DNA from: Amoebidium appalachense
Taxonomy: Eukaryota > Protista > Ichthyosporea
Direction: 5' to 3'
NCBI GenBank assembly: GCA_963693365.1
Contig: CAVNZM010000001.1
Coordinates: 2,434,907-2,498,906 of the forward strand
DNA: 64,000 nt
In this document: piece after piece, positions 63,434 through 64,000 of the stretch
Position numbering within the stretch: position 1 is the first letter of the stretch
How the letters are laid out: each line of letters starts with the position of its first letter
Made by a program: the position numbers and the translations under genes
Notes under the pieces: model-generated
Seen by the model: the letters and a program-made list of their open reading frames with translations, nothing else
What the model was told of the DNA's origin: nothing
The model's database searches: none

Positions 63434-64000
63434 GCTGACGAGGATGGGGGCAGGTGAGTGCTATTTTGAGTGCCATCAGCAAAAAGGAGCAGCGGTTGCA
63501 GGACGAGCAGGGGAAGTGGTTTGAGTCTCTGGTCAACCACTGCCAAGTGTGCTTCTTTGTGGTCAAAAAGCACATCCCCTAGAAGCTGTTCCACAGTGTC
63601 ACACAGGTATTTTACCTCTCTGGCACAAACATGAACAAACACATAAATGAACCCACTCTGATGGACTTGATGCAGCCTGAGGGTGAGAGAGTGTACAACT
63701 CCCCTCCAGGCACGTGCACGGAGGATGGGAAGACTTGTACGGCAGACACCTTCAACTTCTATCTGGTCTCCCAGAAGACCACACAGGTGCGCACCCCCTG
63801 CCCTCAGGCAGTTTCCCCGGCCAAGAGGGGGAAGGGGGGGGGGGGGGGGGGGGGGGGGGGGGTGGGGTGGGGGGGTGGGGGGTGGGGGGGTGGGGGGGTG
63901 GGGGGGGACTCATGGGTTGGGGCAGGGCACGGTGTCACCCACACACTTCAATTTGATCCACCACTCGTTGGCCCCCGGTGTGGAATGCCAGAATATACAA
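57604..64000 (+). pseudogene. PIWI-clade Argonaute, more than 20 exons, apparently disabled; runs off the right edge
   Basis: Spliced motifs MWPGFMTS, VFTL|YNNRTYRVLSVDWERNP, QPLL, LIPEMCMLTGL, RYNKIK...PSQCV...KVCLQIQAKVGGQLW, MVVGIDV, YRDGVSDG, FYLVSQKTTQ|GTVSPTHFN. Lesions: TAG 63580-63582, possible TAA 57849-57851, frameshifts near 59036, 59726 and 61046, phase clash near 61650. Confidence 0.88.

Noticed and set aside
57849-63582. Alternative genetic code (TAA/TAG read as sense) to explain the PIWI stops
   Set aside because: TAA and TAG terminate NRS/ER, SERBP1 and MOB2 normally, and PIWI also has frameshifts.

Overview
Eukaryotic genomic DNA, very intron-rich and saturated with poly-G/poly-C tracts and CA/GA microsatellites; most ORFs in the supplied track are artefacts of these repeats. 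Manual splicing recovers about nine genes: eIF3e (partial, -), a SERBP1/Stm1-like RGG protein (-) hosting two U25/snR56-like snoRNA candidates, an NRS/ER rhamnose-synthesis epimerase/reductase (-), a low-complexity orphan (+), a spliced orphan split at an ATGA stop/start overlap (-), a 12-exon FAD-dependent oxidoreductase (+) whose introns hold a LINE pair and a tRNA-Asn, a small putative mitochondrial protein (-), MOB2 (+), and a PIWI-clade Argonaute (+, partial) with stops and frameshifts. The animal-like MOB2 N-terminus suggests a holozoan, possibly a unicellular one (inference only). The most striking unexplained signals are: (1) a diverse family of short, structured, 5'-truncated elements whose fixed 3' end always runs into a poly(C) tract, which looks like poly(C)-tailed or poly(G)-targeting retroposition and may explain the G/C tracts; (2) two different, related LINEs fused head-to-head at their truncated 5' ends inside one TATC/CATC microsatellite. 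All calls were made by eye; no database searches were run.
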